Source of the DNA: Chloroflexota bacterium
GTDB lineage: Bacteria > Chloroflexota > Limnocylindria > Limnocylindrales > CSP1-4
Assembly (NCBI GenBank): GCA_040882425.1
Contig: JBBEBJ010000242.1
Location: forward strand, 1-49,840
Reading direction: 5' to 3'
Length of the DNA: 49,840 nucleotides
Shown one piece after another: positions 1 to 7,360 of this stretch. Each line of letters opens with the position of its first letter. The first letter of the stretch is position 1. The notes beneath the pieces are model-generated. The model was not told where the DNA came from. It made no database searches and saw only the letters and a program-made list of their open reading frames with translations. The position numbers and the translations under genes were made by a program.

Positions 1-613
1 CGCCGAGCGAGCGCATCTGGTCGGTCAGGTTGAGCTCGGTTGTCGTTCCCGACTGGACGCAGATCGTGGCGCCCTCGAGATCCTCGAGCGTCGTCGCGCC
101 TGTCGCGCTCGGCGCCATCATCCCCTGGCCGTCGTAGAACGTCGTCGGACCGAACAGGCCCCAGGCGGTGTCCCGACTGACCGTCCAGGTCGTGTTGCGG
201 ATGAGGACGTCGACCTCGCCGGTCTGCAGGGCGGTGCCCCGTTCGTCGGCCGTCAGTGGGCGGAACTCGACGGCCTCCGCGTCACCGAGTACCGCCGCGG
301 CGATGGCCCGGCAGAAGTCGGTGTCAAAGCCCGACCACTCGCCGGTCCCTTCCTCGAGGAAGCTGAACCCGGGGAGCCCGCCGTTGACGCCGCAGATGAG
401 CTGTCCACGGCTCTGGACGTCGGCCAGGCGCCCCGACGTCGCTGCCGGACTGGCCGTCTCGGCCGGGCTCGCGGTGGCCTCGACGCTGGGTCCTGGCGAC
501 GACTCCGCGGTGCTGACCGGCGAGGGAGTCGGCCCCGGCTCACACGCCGCGGCGAACAGGGCGAACAGCAGCATAACGACGAATCCATTGTGCGTGCGAA
601 CCGGCCTGCGCAT
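1..613 (-). CDS. Polar amino-acid ABC transporter substrate-binding lipoprotein (family-3 SBP), 3'-end cut by window edge
   Basis: Not in the ORF track because it runs off the edge. Reverse-strand translation from ATG 613-611 gives MRRPVRTHNGFVVMLLFALFAAAC (signal peptide plus lipobox Cys). It continues ...RLADVQSRGQLICGVNGGLPGFSF..WSGFDTDFCRAIAAAVLGD..VLIRNTTWT.., typical of amino-acid binding proteins. GGAGGTG lies 7 nt upstream of the ATG. Confidence 0.75.
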   Translation of the reverse strand, partial: MRRPVRTHNGFVVMLLFALFAAACEPGPTPSPVSTAESSPGPSVEATASPAETASPAATSGRLADVQSRGQLICGVNGGLPGFSFLEEGTGEWSGFDTDFCRAIAAAVLGDAEAVEFRPLTADERGTALQTGEVDVLIRNTTWTVSRDTAWGLFGPTTFYDGQGMMAPSATGATTLEDLEGATICVQSGTTTELNLTDQMRSLG

Positions 614-877
614 GGGACGCCACCTCCGCGTGTTGGTCACGACTCGTAGGTCTACCGGTTGCGCGGGGTCACTGGGTCGCCGACGAGCCGCCACTCAGGT
701 CCACCCGGACGGTGCCGAGTGGTATTGCCGCCATACTAGCGCCCGAGGGAAGGGGTTCGGCGAGCGCCGAGGACCTTCGATTGTCGCTCCGGAACGGCCT
801 ATGCTATCCTCCCGCTTCGGCCGTGCCGGGTCCTCGTGTCGCCGCGCCGGTCGTCAGACAGTCGGTAACGAAGGGGA

Positions 878-1696
878 TTGACCATAGCTCGAGACCTGCG
901 CGTAAACCAGATGATCCGGATCCCACAGGTCCGGGTGGTCGACGAAGAAGGTGCCCAGCTGGGCGTGATGCCCACGCCGCGGGCGCTCGAGATGGCGCAG
1001 GAGCGAGGTCTGGATCTCGTCGAGGTCGCCCCGATGGCGTCCCCACCGGTGGTCAAGTTCCTGGATTTTGGCCAGTACAAGTACGAGCTGACAAAGCGGG
1101 AGAAGGAAGCCAAGCGCAAGCAGCGGTCGGTGACCTTCAAGGAGGTTCGCCTCTCGCCCAAGATCGGAGTCGGTGACTTCGACACCAAGGTGAACCGGGC
1201 GATCGAATTCCTCGAGGATGGCGATCGGATCAAGGTGACCGTCCGGTTTCGCGGACGCGAGCTGACCCACCCGGAGCTCGGTCGGAACCTCATCTCGAGG
1301 TTCGCGGATCGGGTCAAGGATCACGGGATCCCGGAACGGACCCCACTGCTCGAGGGCAAGTCGATGCACATCACGATGGCGTCGACCCACAAGCCCAAGG
1401 GCCACGAAGGTCCGCCACCAAAGGGCGGCGACGGTGGGGCAATCCGGGAGGCGACCCCCGCACCGGCCACCACGGCAGGAGCGGCAGGACCACCGGCGGC
1501 CGCGCCGGCGAGCGAAGCCCCGGCAGCAAAGGCCGCGCCGGCCAGGCCCGTCGCGGCGAAATCGGCACAGGCCCCGGCGACGGAGGCGACGGCGAAGGTG
1601 ACGGAGGCCTCGGCTCCGGTCGCGGCGGCCAGGTCAGAATCGAAGAGCACGAACGACAAGACGCCGGCGCCGGAGCCGGTTCGAACTGGAGAGTGA
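878..1696 (+). CDS. infC: Translation initiation factor IF-3 with a long Ala/Pro-rich C-terminal tail
   Basis: RVNQMIRIPQVRVVDEEGAQLGV..ALEMAQERGLDLVEV..VVKFLDFGQYKYE..KEVRLSPKIGVGDFDTKVNRAIEFLEDGDRIKVTVRFRGRE matches both IF-3 domains. It sits in the conserved infC-rpmI-rplT order. The exact start is ambiguous: TTG at 878 or in-frame ATA at 884. Confidence 0.95.
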   Translation: MTIARDLRVNQMIRIPQVRVVDEEGAQLGVMPTPRALEMAQERGLDLVEVAPMASPPVVKFLDFGQYKYELTKREKEAKRKQRSVTFKEVRLSPKIGVGDFDTKVNRAIEFLEDGDRIKVTVRFRGRELTHPELGRNLISRFADRVKDHGIPERTPLLEGKSMHITMASTHKPKGHEGPPPKGGDGGAIREATPAPATTAGAAGPPAAAPASEAPAAKAAPARPVAAKSAQAPATEATAKVTEASAPVAAARSESKSTNDKTPAPEPVRTGE

Positions 1697-1703
1697 GGCC
1701 AGA

Positions 1704-1901
1704 GTGCCCAAGATCAAGAGCCACAAGGCGGCCCAGAAGCGGATCGGCGTGACCGGCAGCGGCAAGTTCATCCGCGTCAACGCCTGGAGTGGCCATCACC
1801 TCGAGATCAAGTCGTCCCGGCGGACCCGGCGCTACGCCGGCAAGTCGCTGATCGGGCCCGTGCACGCCAGGCAGGTCCGTCGCCTGCTGCCGTACCTCTA
1901 G
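1704..1901 (+). CDS. rpmI: 50S ribosomal protein L35
   Basis: MPKIKSHKAAQKRIGVTGSGKFIRVNAWSGHHL is a typical L35 sequence. GTG start 8 nt after the infC stop. Confidence 0.95.
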   Translation: MPKIKSHKAAQKRIGVTGSGKFIRVNAWSGHHLEIKSSRRTRRYAGKSLIGPVHARQVRRLLPYL

Positions 1902-1916
1902 GAGCAGGTCAACCTC

Positions 1917-2267
1917 ATGTCACGAGTCAAGCGGGGCGTCACGGCCCACAAGCGCCACAAGCGCCTCCTCAACGACGCCGAGGGCCGCAAGGGCGCGAAA
2001 TCGCGTCTGATCAAGCCGGCCCGCGAGGCCCTGCTCCACGCGCTCTCGTACGCGACGCGCGATCGGAAGCAGCGAAAGCGCCAGATGCGCGAGCTGTGGA
2101 TCGTCCGGATCAACGCCGCCGCCCGCCAGAACGGCCTGACCTACGGCCAGTTCATTGCCGGTCTCAAGAAGGCCGAGGTCGAGATCGACCGCAAGATCCT
2201 GGCCGATCTCGCGATCCGCGATGCTGCAACGTTTGGGCGCATCGCCGAGCTCGCCAAGGGCGCCTAG
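1917..2267 (+). CDS. rplT: 50S ribosomal protein L20
   Basis: [66 protein letters not shown] is the canonical L20 sequence. Confidence 0.97.
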   Translation: MSRVKRGVTAHKRHKRLLNDAEGRKGAKSRLIKPAREALLHALSYATRDRKQRKRQMRELWIVRINAAARQNGLTYGQFIAGLKKAEVEIDRKILADLAIRDAATFGRIAELAKGA

Positions 2268-2411
2268 CGGGCGGCCGTCAGGCGTCCGCGATATCCCTTC
2301 GGAGGACCGAGGCGACGCCCCCGCGAGCCATCAGCCCGACGATTTCCTCGACGTCCTGGACAGTCGAGGGCTCGTGATTCACGGCCCACCCAACGCGACG
2401 CAAGGAACCAC

Positions 2412-3452
2412 GTGGACCTCGCCGACCTGACCCGTGACCTCGAGACACTGCGCGCCGATGCCCTGGCATCGATCGAGGGTGCCCCGGACACGGCCAGCCT
2501 CGACGCGCTCGAGCTCGACGTGCTCGGCAAGAAGGGTCGGCTGACGACCATCCTGCGCGGCATCGGGGCGCTGCCCGCCGAGGATCGTCCCAAGGTCGGC
2601 GCCGCGGCGAACACCGTCCGCGTCGCGGTGGAAGCCGCCCTCGCCGATCAAGGTCGGGCGTTGCGCGGCTCGGAGCTTGAGACCCGGCTGGCGGCCGAGG
2701 CCGTGGACGTCACGACGCCCGGACGGCCGGTTCGCCGCGGATCGCTCCATCCGAGCATCGAGGCGATGCGCGAGATCGCCGAGATCTTCGAACAGTTCGG
2801 GTTCGTGACCTACGAGAGCCCCGAGATCGAGGACGACCGGACAAACTTCCAGATGCTCAACATCCCGCCCGACCATCCGGCCAGGGACCTGTGGGACACC
2901 CTGTACGTCGATGTCGAGGGCATGCTGCTGCGGACCCACACCTCGCCCGGCCAGATCCGGGTCATGCATGCGGAGCGCCCGCCGATCCGTGCCCTCCTCC
3001 CGGGACGCTGCTTCCGCTACGAGGCGATCGACGCGAGCCACGGTTCGGAGTTCTTCCAGGTCGAAGGCCTGATGATCGACGAAGGCACGACGATGGCCGA
3101 TCTGAAGGGCCTGCTCGACCAGTTCGCCAAGGCCATGTTCGGGGCCGACAAGCGGACCCGCTTCCGACCTGGCTATTACCCCTTCACTGAACCGTCCGTG
3201 GCGTTCGACGTCGAGTGCCTGGTCTGCGGCGGATCCGGTTGTCCGGCCTGTAAGCGGAGCGGCTGGATGACGATCCTGGGCGCCGGAATGGTCCACCCGG
3301 TCGTGCTCCAGTACGGTGGGCTGGATCCGGAGCGCTACCAGGGGTTCGCGTTCGGGATGGGGCCCGAGCGGATCAAGATGCTCAGGCACGGGATCACGGA
3401 CCTGCGGCTGTTCCTGGAGAACGACCTGCGCTTCCTGGAACAGTTCCGATGA
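2412..3452 (+). CDS. pheS: Phenylalanine--tRNA ligase alpha subunit
   Basis: Class II core motifs are present (..HPARDLWDTLY..LLRTHTSPGQIR..FRYEAIDASHGSEFFQVEGL..GAGMVHP). GTG start follows AAGGAA. The stop overlaps the pheT start (ATGA). Confidence 0.97.
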   Translation: MDLADLTRDLETLRADALASIEGAPDTASLDALELDVLGKKGRLTTILRGIGALPAEDRPKVGAAANTVRVAVEAALADQGRALRGSELETRLAAEAVDVTTPGRPVRRGSLHPSIEAMREIAEIFEQFGFVTYESPEIEDDRTNFQMLNIPPDHPARDLWDTLYVDVEGMLLRTHTSPGQIRVMHAERPPIRALLPGRCFRYEAIDASHGSEFFQVEGLMIDEGTTMADLKGLLDQFAKAMFGADKRTRFRPGYYPFTEPSVAFDVECLVCGGSGCPACKRSGWMTILGAGMVHPVVLQYGGLDPERYQGFAFGMGPERIKMLRHGITDLRLFLENDLRFLEQFR

Positions 3453-5935
3453 GGGTGCCGCTGTCCTGGCTCCGCGACTACATCGACCTCCAGCTCACGC
3501 CGGCGCAGCTGGCCGAGCGGCTGACCCTCCTGGGCATGGAGGTCGAGGCCATCGAGGCCTGGGGTGGCGAATGGGACGACGTCGTGGTCGGCGAACTGCT
3601 CTCGGTCGAGCGTCATCCACGCGCGGATCGCCTGTCGCTGACGCGGGTCAACGTCGGGTCCGGCGAGCCGCTCGAGATCGTCTGTGGTGCCACCAACATC
3701 GCGGCCGGCCAGCGGGTGCCGGTCGCCCTGCCCGGAGCGGTGTTGCCAGGAAACCGCCGGATCGAGCGGACCGAGAAGATGGGCGCGACCAGCAACGGGA
3801 TGCTCTGCTCCGGCGACGAGCTGCGCCTGACAGGTGACGCCGACGGGATCCTGATCCTGCCGGCCGACGCGCGCATCGGCGCACCACTGGCCGAGCTCTA
3901 CGGTGACACCGTGCTGGACGTGGACGTCAAGCCCAACCGGGGCGATGCCCTTTGCCTGGTCGGCCTCGCGCGCGAGGTATCCGCGGTGACAGGCGCTCCG
4001 GTGCGCTTCCCCGAGACCGAACCGCCGGAAACGGGCGACCGGATCGAGGACCACCTCCGGGTGGACGTGGCGGAACCGGCGCTCTGTTCTCGCTTCGTCG
4101 GACGGTGGGTCAGCGACGTGCGGGTCGCGCCGTCCCCGGAGCTGATCCAGATGCGGCTGATCGCCGCCGGCCAGCGGCCGGTCAGCAACGTTGTCGACGT
4201 CAGCAACTACGTCATGCTCGAGCTCGGCAAGCCGATCCATACGTTCGATGCCGCCGCCGTGCATGACGGGCGGATCGTGGTTCGGCTCGCCACGGTGGGG
4301 GAGCGGCTCGAGACCCTCGACCACGTGGGCCGCGAGCTGGAGCCCGAGACGCTGGTGATCGCCGATCCGACGGGACCCATCGGGATCGCCGGGGTGATGG
4401 GCGGCGCGACCTCGGAGATCGGCGACAGCACGACCAATGTGGTCATCGAATCGGCCATCTTCGACCCGGTCAGCATCCGGCGGACCGCGTTCCGGTACGG
4501 GCTGCGCTCGGAGGCAAGCCTGCGCTTTGAGAAGGGCCAGGAACATCGCCTGGCCCGGATCGGGGCGGACCGGACGGCGAGGCTGATCGCGGAGTGGGCT
4601 GGCGGTCGCGTCGCGGCCGGTGTGGTGGACACGAACCCGGTTGAGCCGCCGCCGGTGCGCGTGGCCTTTCGCCCGGAGCGGGTCAACCGCCTCCTCGGCG
4701 TCGACCTGCCGATCACCGAGCAGCGCGACCTCCTGGCGCGCGTCGGCGTCACGACCGCACCCGCACCCGCCGGGACGCGGATCACCGTGTCCGCCGAACC
4801 GAATCCGCTCGAGATCGATCCGGGCGACGCCGAGACGGTCGTCGCCACGATCCCCACCTGGCGGCGCGACCTGGCGATCGAGGCGGACGTGACCGAGGAG
4901 GTCGCGCGGGTCCGCGGGTATGACGTCGTGCCGGAGCTCCTGCCCCACACGCCGATGCCCCACTACCGCAACTCACCGCTGCGACTGCGCCATCTCGCCC
5001 GCGAGACGCTGGCCGGCGCCGGGCTGACGGAGGCGGTGACCTACGCCCTGGTGTCACCGGCCATGGTCGAACGCTTCGGGCCGCTCGACGACCCAGCCGT
5101 CCCCGGCGAAGGTGAGGCCGGTGGACGCCCGGTGACCCTGACCAACCCGCTTTCGAGCCAGCACTCGGTCATGCGTCAGAGCCTGCTCGGGAGCCTGCTC
5201 GAGGTCGTCTCGATCAACCTGCGCCACGGCCGGCCGGACGTGGCGATCTTCGAGATCGGCAAGGGGTATGGCGCAACCGACGACGGTGGCTCGACCCACG
5301 AGTGGTGGCGCCTCGGGCTGGCGCTCACCGGTCCGGCCGAGATCCCCGCCTGGAACCGCCCGTCGCGTCCGTACGACCTCGATGACGCCAAGGGCGTGCT
5401 GGAGCTGGTGGCACGACGCCTGCGTCTCCCGATCCCCCGGTACGCGGCGCTCACGGACGACCCGCGGTTTCACCCAGGGCGCGCGGCGCGGGTGACGGCC
5501 GGCGATGCGCTCGCTGGTCGCATCGGCTCGCTCCACCCTGCGCTTCTCGACGAGCTCGAGCTGCGGGCCGAGGACGTGATCGTTGCCGAGCTCGCGATCG
5601 CCGGGCTGTCGGGCGGCCAGCCGATGGTCCCGCGGAGCGCCACGCCGTCGCGCCATCCGGTCGTGGATCGGGACCTGGCGGTGATCGTCGCGGAAGCGCG
5701 CCACGCGGCCGACGTCGAGGACAGCATCCGGCGCCACGGCGGTCCGCTCCTGCGATCCGTCGTCCTGTTCGACATCTACCGCGGTCGTCCGCTGGGCGAC
5801 GGCGACAAGAGCCTGGCATATCGGCTCGCCTTCCAGGCGGACGATCGAACGCTGACGGAACCCGAGATCGATGGTGCGATCGATGCCGTGACCGCCGGGC
5901 TGGGGACCGACGTGGATGGTCGGCTCCGAACCTGA
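3449..5935 (+). CDS. pheT: Phenylalanine--tRNA ligase beta subunit
   Basis: MRVPLSWLRDYIDL.. N-terminus with a tRNA-binding domain (VVVGELLSVERHPRADRLSL..VCGATN). B3/4, B5 and C-terminal FDX-ACB-like regions follow. 828 aa, typical length. Confidence 0.97.
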   Translation: MRVPLSWLRDYIDLQLTPAQLAERLTLLGMEVEAIEAWGGEWDDVVVGELLSVERHPRADRLSLTRVNVGSGEPLEIVCGATNIAAGQRVPVALPGAVLPGNRRIERTEKMGATSNGMLCSGDELRLTGDADGILILPADARIGAPLAELYGDTVLDVDVKPNRGDALCLVGLAREVSAVTGAPVRFPETEPPETGDRIEDHLRVDVAEPALCSRFVGRWVSDVRVAPSPELIQMRLIAAGQRPVSNVVDVSNYVMLELGKPIHTFDAAAVHDGRIVVRLATVGERLETLDHVGRELEPETLVIADPTGPIGIAGVMGGATSEIGDSTTNVVIESAIFDPVSIRRTAFRYGLRSEASLRFEKGQEHRLARIGADRTARLIAEWAGGRVAAGVVDTNPVEPPPVRVAFRPERVNRLLGVDLPITEQRDLLARVGVTTAPAPAGTRITVSAEPNPLEIDPGDAETVVATIPTWRRDLAIEADVTEEVARVRGYDVVPELLPHTPMPHYRNSPLRLRHLARETLAGAGLTEAVTYALVSPAMVERFGPLDDPAVPGEGEAGGRPVTLTNPLSSQHSVMRQSLLGSLLEVVSINLRHGRPDVAIFEIGKGYGATDDGGSTHEWWRLGLALTGPAEIPAWNRPSRPYDLDDAKGVLELVARRLRLPIPRYAALTDDPRFHPGRAARVTAGDALAGRIGSLHPALLDELELRAEDVIVAELAIAGLSGGQPMVPRSATPSRHPVVDRDLAVIVAEARHAADVEDSIRRHGGPLLRSVVLFDIYRGRPLGDGDKSLAYRLAFQADDRTLTEPEIDGAIDAVTAGLGTDVDGRLRT

Positions 5936-6052
5936 CCGCATCAGACCCGCCACAGCGGTGGGATTCCCTTGCCGCCGCAGGATGGCCGCTGCTACCCTTG
6001 CGCGGCTCCGGCGAGGGCTCAAGCCGGGAGCGCTGACCATGGAGGCAGATGC

Positions 6053-6640
6053 GTGAACCTCGGGGAGTTCCTGGGCGGGATCGGAACCGTCGACCTGCTC
6101 ATCATGCTGTACTTCATCGGGTTCTTCGTCCTCGGCTTCGCCCAGGGGACGATCCGCCGGGTGATCGGGCTCGGGTCGATCCTCTTCTCGTTCCTCTTCG
6201 CCGCCAGCCTGTCCAGCACGCTCGGCTCGTTCCTGGCTGACCACTGGACGCAGTTCGTCCGCGAGTACAGCTACATGATCGGGTTCGGGACGGTGTTCGC
6301 GGCCTCGGCGATTGCCCTGGCCCTCATCTCCCAGAGCTACTACAAGCCGCAGCAGCTGTTCCAGAAGGCCCGCTTCGCCGACGAGATCCTCGGCGGCATC
6401 CTCGGCATCGTGCAGGCGGCCCTGATCTTTGGCGCGGTCCTGGTCATCCTTGACTCGTTCTTCCTGATCCCCGGCATCCCGCCCGATCCCCAGGAGCTGC
6501 CGTTCCTGCGTGACTTCTGGAACGGTATCAACGACACGCAGTTCGCCGTGTTGTTCCGCAACTCGGTCATTCCGGCCGCCTTCGTGCTGTTCGGCCTGTT
6601 CGTGCCCGAGAACATCAAGCGCTTCTACCCGTTCCGCTGA
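6053..6640 (+). CDS. CvpA-family integral membrane protein
   Basis: Four hydrophobic segments (DLLIMLYFIGFFVLGFAQG..GLGSILFSFLFAASL..) resemble colicin V production protein family members. GTG 6053 is preferred over the track start 5969 because GGAGG sits 7 nt upstream of it. Confidence 0.7.
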   Translation: MNLGEFLGGIGTVDLLIMLYFIGFFVLGFAQGTIRRVIGLGSILFSFLFAASLSSTLGSFLADHWTQFVREYSYMIGFGTVFAASAIALALISQSYYKPQQLFQKARFADEILGGILGIVQAALIFGAVLVILDSFFLIPGIPPDPQELPFLRDFWNGINDTQFAVLFRNSVIPAAFVLFGLFVPENIKRFYPFR

Positions 6641-7353
6641 CGCCACCCGAGAGCCTCGACCGCGCGGTCCTGGACCGGGCCATCCTCGCCGGCCCAACCG
6701 TCGAGGCCGGGCGCGCGCTCCTCGGGTCGGTGCTCGTCCGTGACGACGCGACAGGCCCGCGGGTCGGGCGGATCGTGGAGGTCGAGGCGTACATCGGCGA
6801 AGCGGACCAGGCGTCGCATGCCCGGTTTGGCCGCACGGCCCGCAATCGAGTCATGTTCGGGCCTCCCGGTCACGCCTACGTGTACCTTGTCTACGGGATG
6901 CATGCCTGTCTGAACGTGGTCACCGAGCCCGACGATGTGCCGGCCGCGTTGCTGATCCGGGCGGTCGAGCCGCTCGACGGGCTCGAGCGGATGCGCGCCG
7001 ATCGGGTCGCCCGGGCCGGTGCCAACCGACGGGTGACGCCGACCGATCGTGCGGCTGCCGACGCCGCCGGGCGGATCGCCGGGCTGGCCGATCACCGCCT
7101 TGCGAGCGGCCCGGGCCTGGTCGCGGCGTCGTTCGGGCTCGATACCACGTGGACGGGCGCCGACCTGTGCGACCCGGCCTCGCCCCTTCGACTGGAGCTC
7201 GCACCGCCCGCTGGCGGCGGTCTACCATCGGAGCACATCCGGGCGACCCCTCGGATCGGGATCGGCTACGCGGGCGAGCCGTGGACGTCGCGCCCGTGGC
7301 GGCTCTGCCTCGCAGGCCACCCGTCGGTGTCCGGGCCGCCGGGCGCCCGCTGA
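6637..7353 (+). CDS. mpg: DNA-3-methyladenine glycosylase (Mpg/AAG family)
   Basis: GRIVEVEAYIGEADQASHARFGRTARNRVMFGPPGHAYVYLVYGMHACLNVV is the family signature. The conserved N-terminal ..VEAGRALLGSVLVR lies upstream of the track's GTG 6730. No ATG, GTG or TTG is in frame there, so the start was placed tentatively at CTG 6637, which overlaps the upstream TGA. Confidence 0.85.
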   Translation: MTPPESLDRAVLDRAILAGPTVEAGRALLGSVLVRDDATGPRVGRIVEVEAYIGEADQASHARFGRTARNRVMFGPPGHAYVYLVYGMHACLNVVTEPDDVPAALLIRAVEPLDGLERMRADRVARAGANRRVTPTDRAAADAAGRIAGLADHRLASGPGLVAASFGLDTTWTGADLCDPASPLRLELAPPAGGGLPSEHIRATPRIGIGYAGEPWTSRPWRLCLAGHPSVSGPPGAR

Positions 7354-7360
7354 CCGCCCG

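Noticed and set aside
168-881. 237-aa plus-strand ORF at the left edge
   Set aside because: It is antisense to the clearly SBP-like minus-strand gene (signal peptide, lipobox, family-3 motifs). Its composition is Ser/Arg/Pro-rich and unlike a real protein.
1678-1686. GGTTCGAAC, a T-arm-like tRNA signature
   Set aside because: It lies inside the infC coding tail, and no acceptor, D or anticodon stems can be built around it. No convincing tRNA, tmRNA, SRP RNA or RNase P RNA signature was seen anywhere in the window.
2268-2411. T-box or other leader upstream of pheS, and upstream of tyrS at 12648-12694
   Set aside because: The pheS spacer is only 144 nt and has no T-box consensus (no ..GGTGGTACCGCG-like sequence). 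The tyrS spacer is 47 nt. Both are too short and neither has a specifier or antiterminator architecture.
5054-6697. 547-aa minus-strand ORF. Similar long antisense or out-of-frame ORFs occur at 6920-8419(-), 8501-9640(-), 10851-12698(+), 14075-15946(+), 22212-24188(+), 27088-28155(-), 27710-28978(-) and 32853-34559(-)
   Set aside because: Each lies opposite, or out of frame with, a confidently identified gene (pheT, mutS2, PBP, the his genes, EF-G-like, ruvB/tgt, rny). Each has degenerate R/P/G/D-rich composition and no recognisable motifs.
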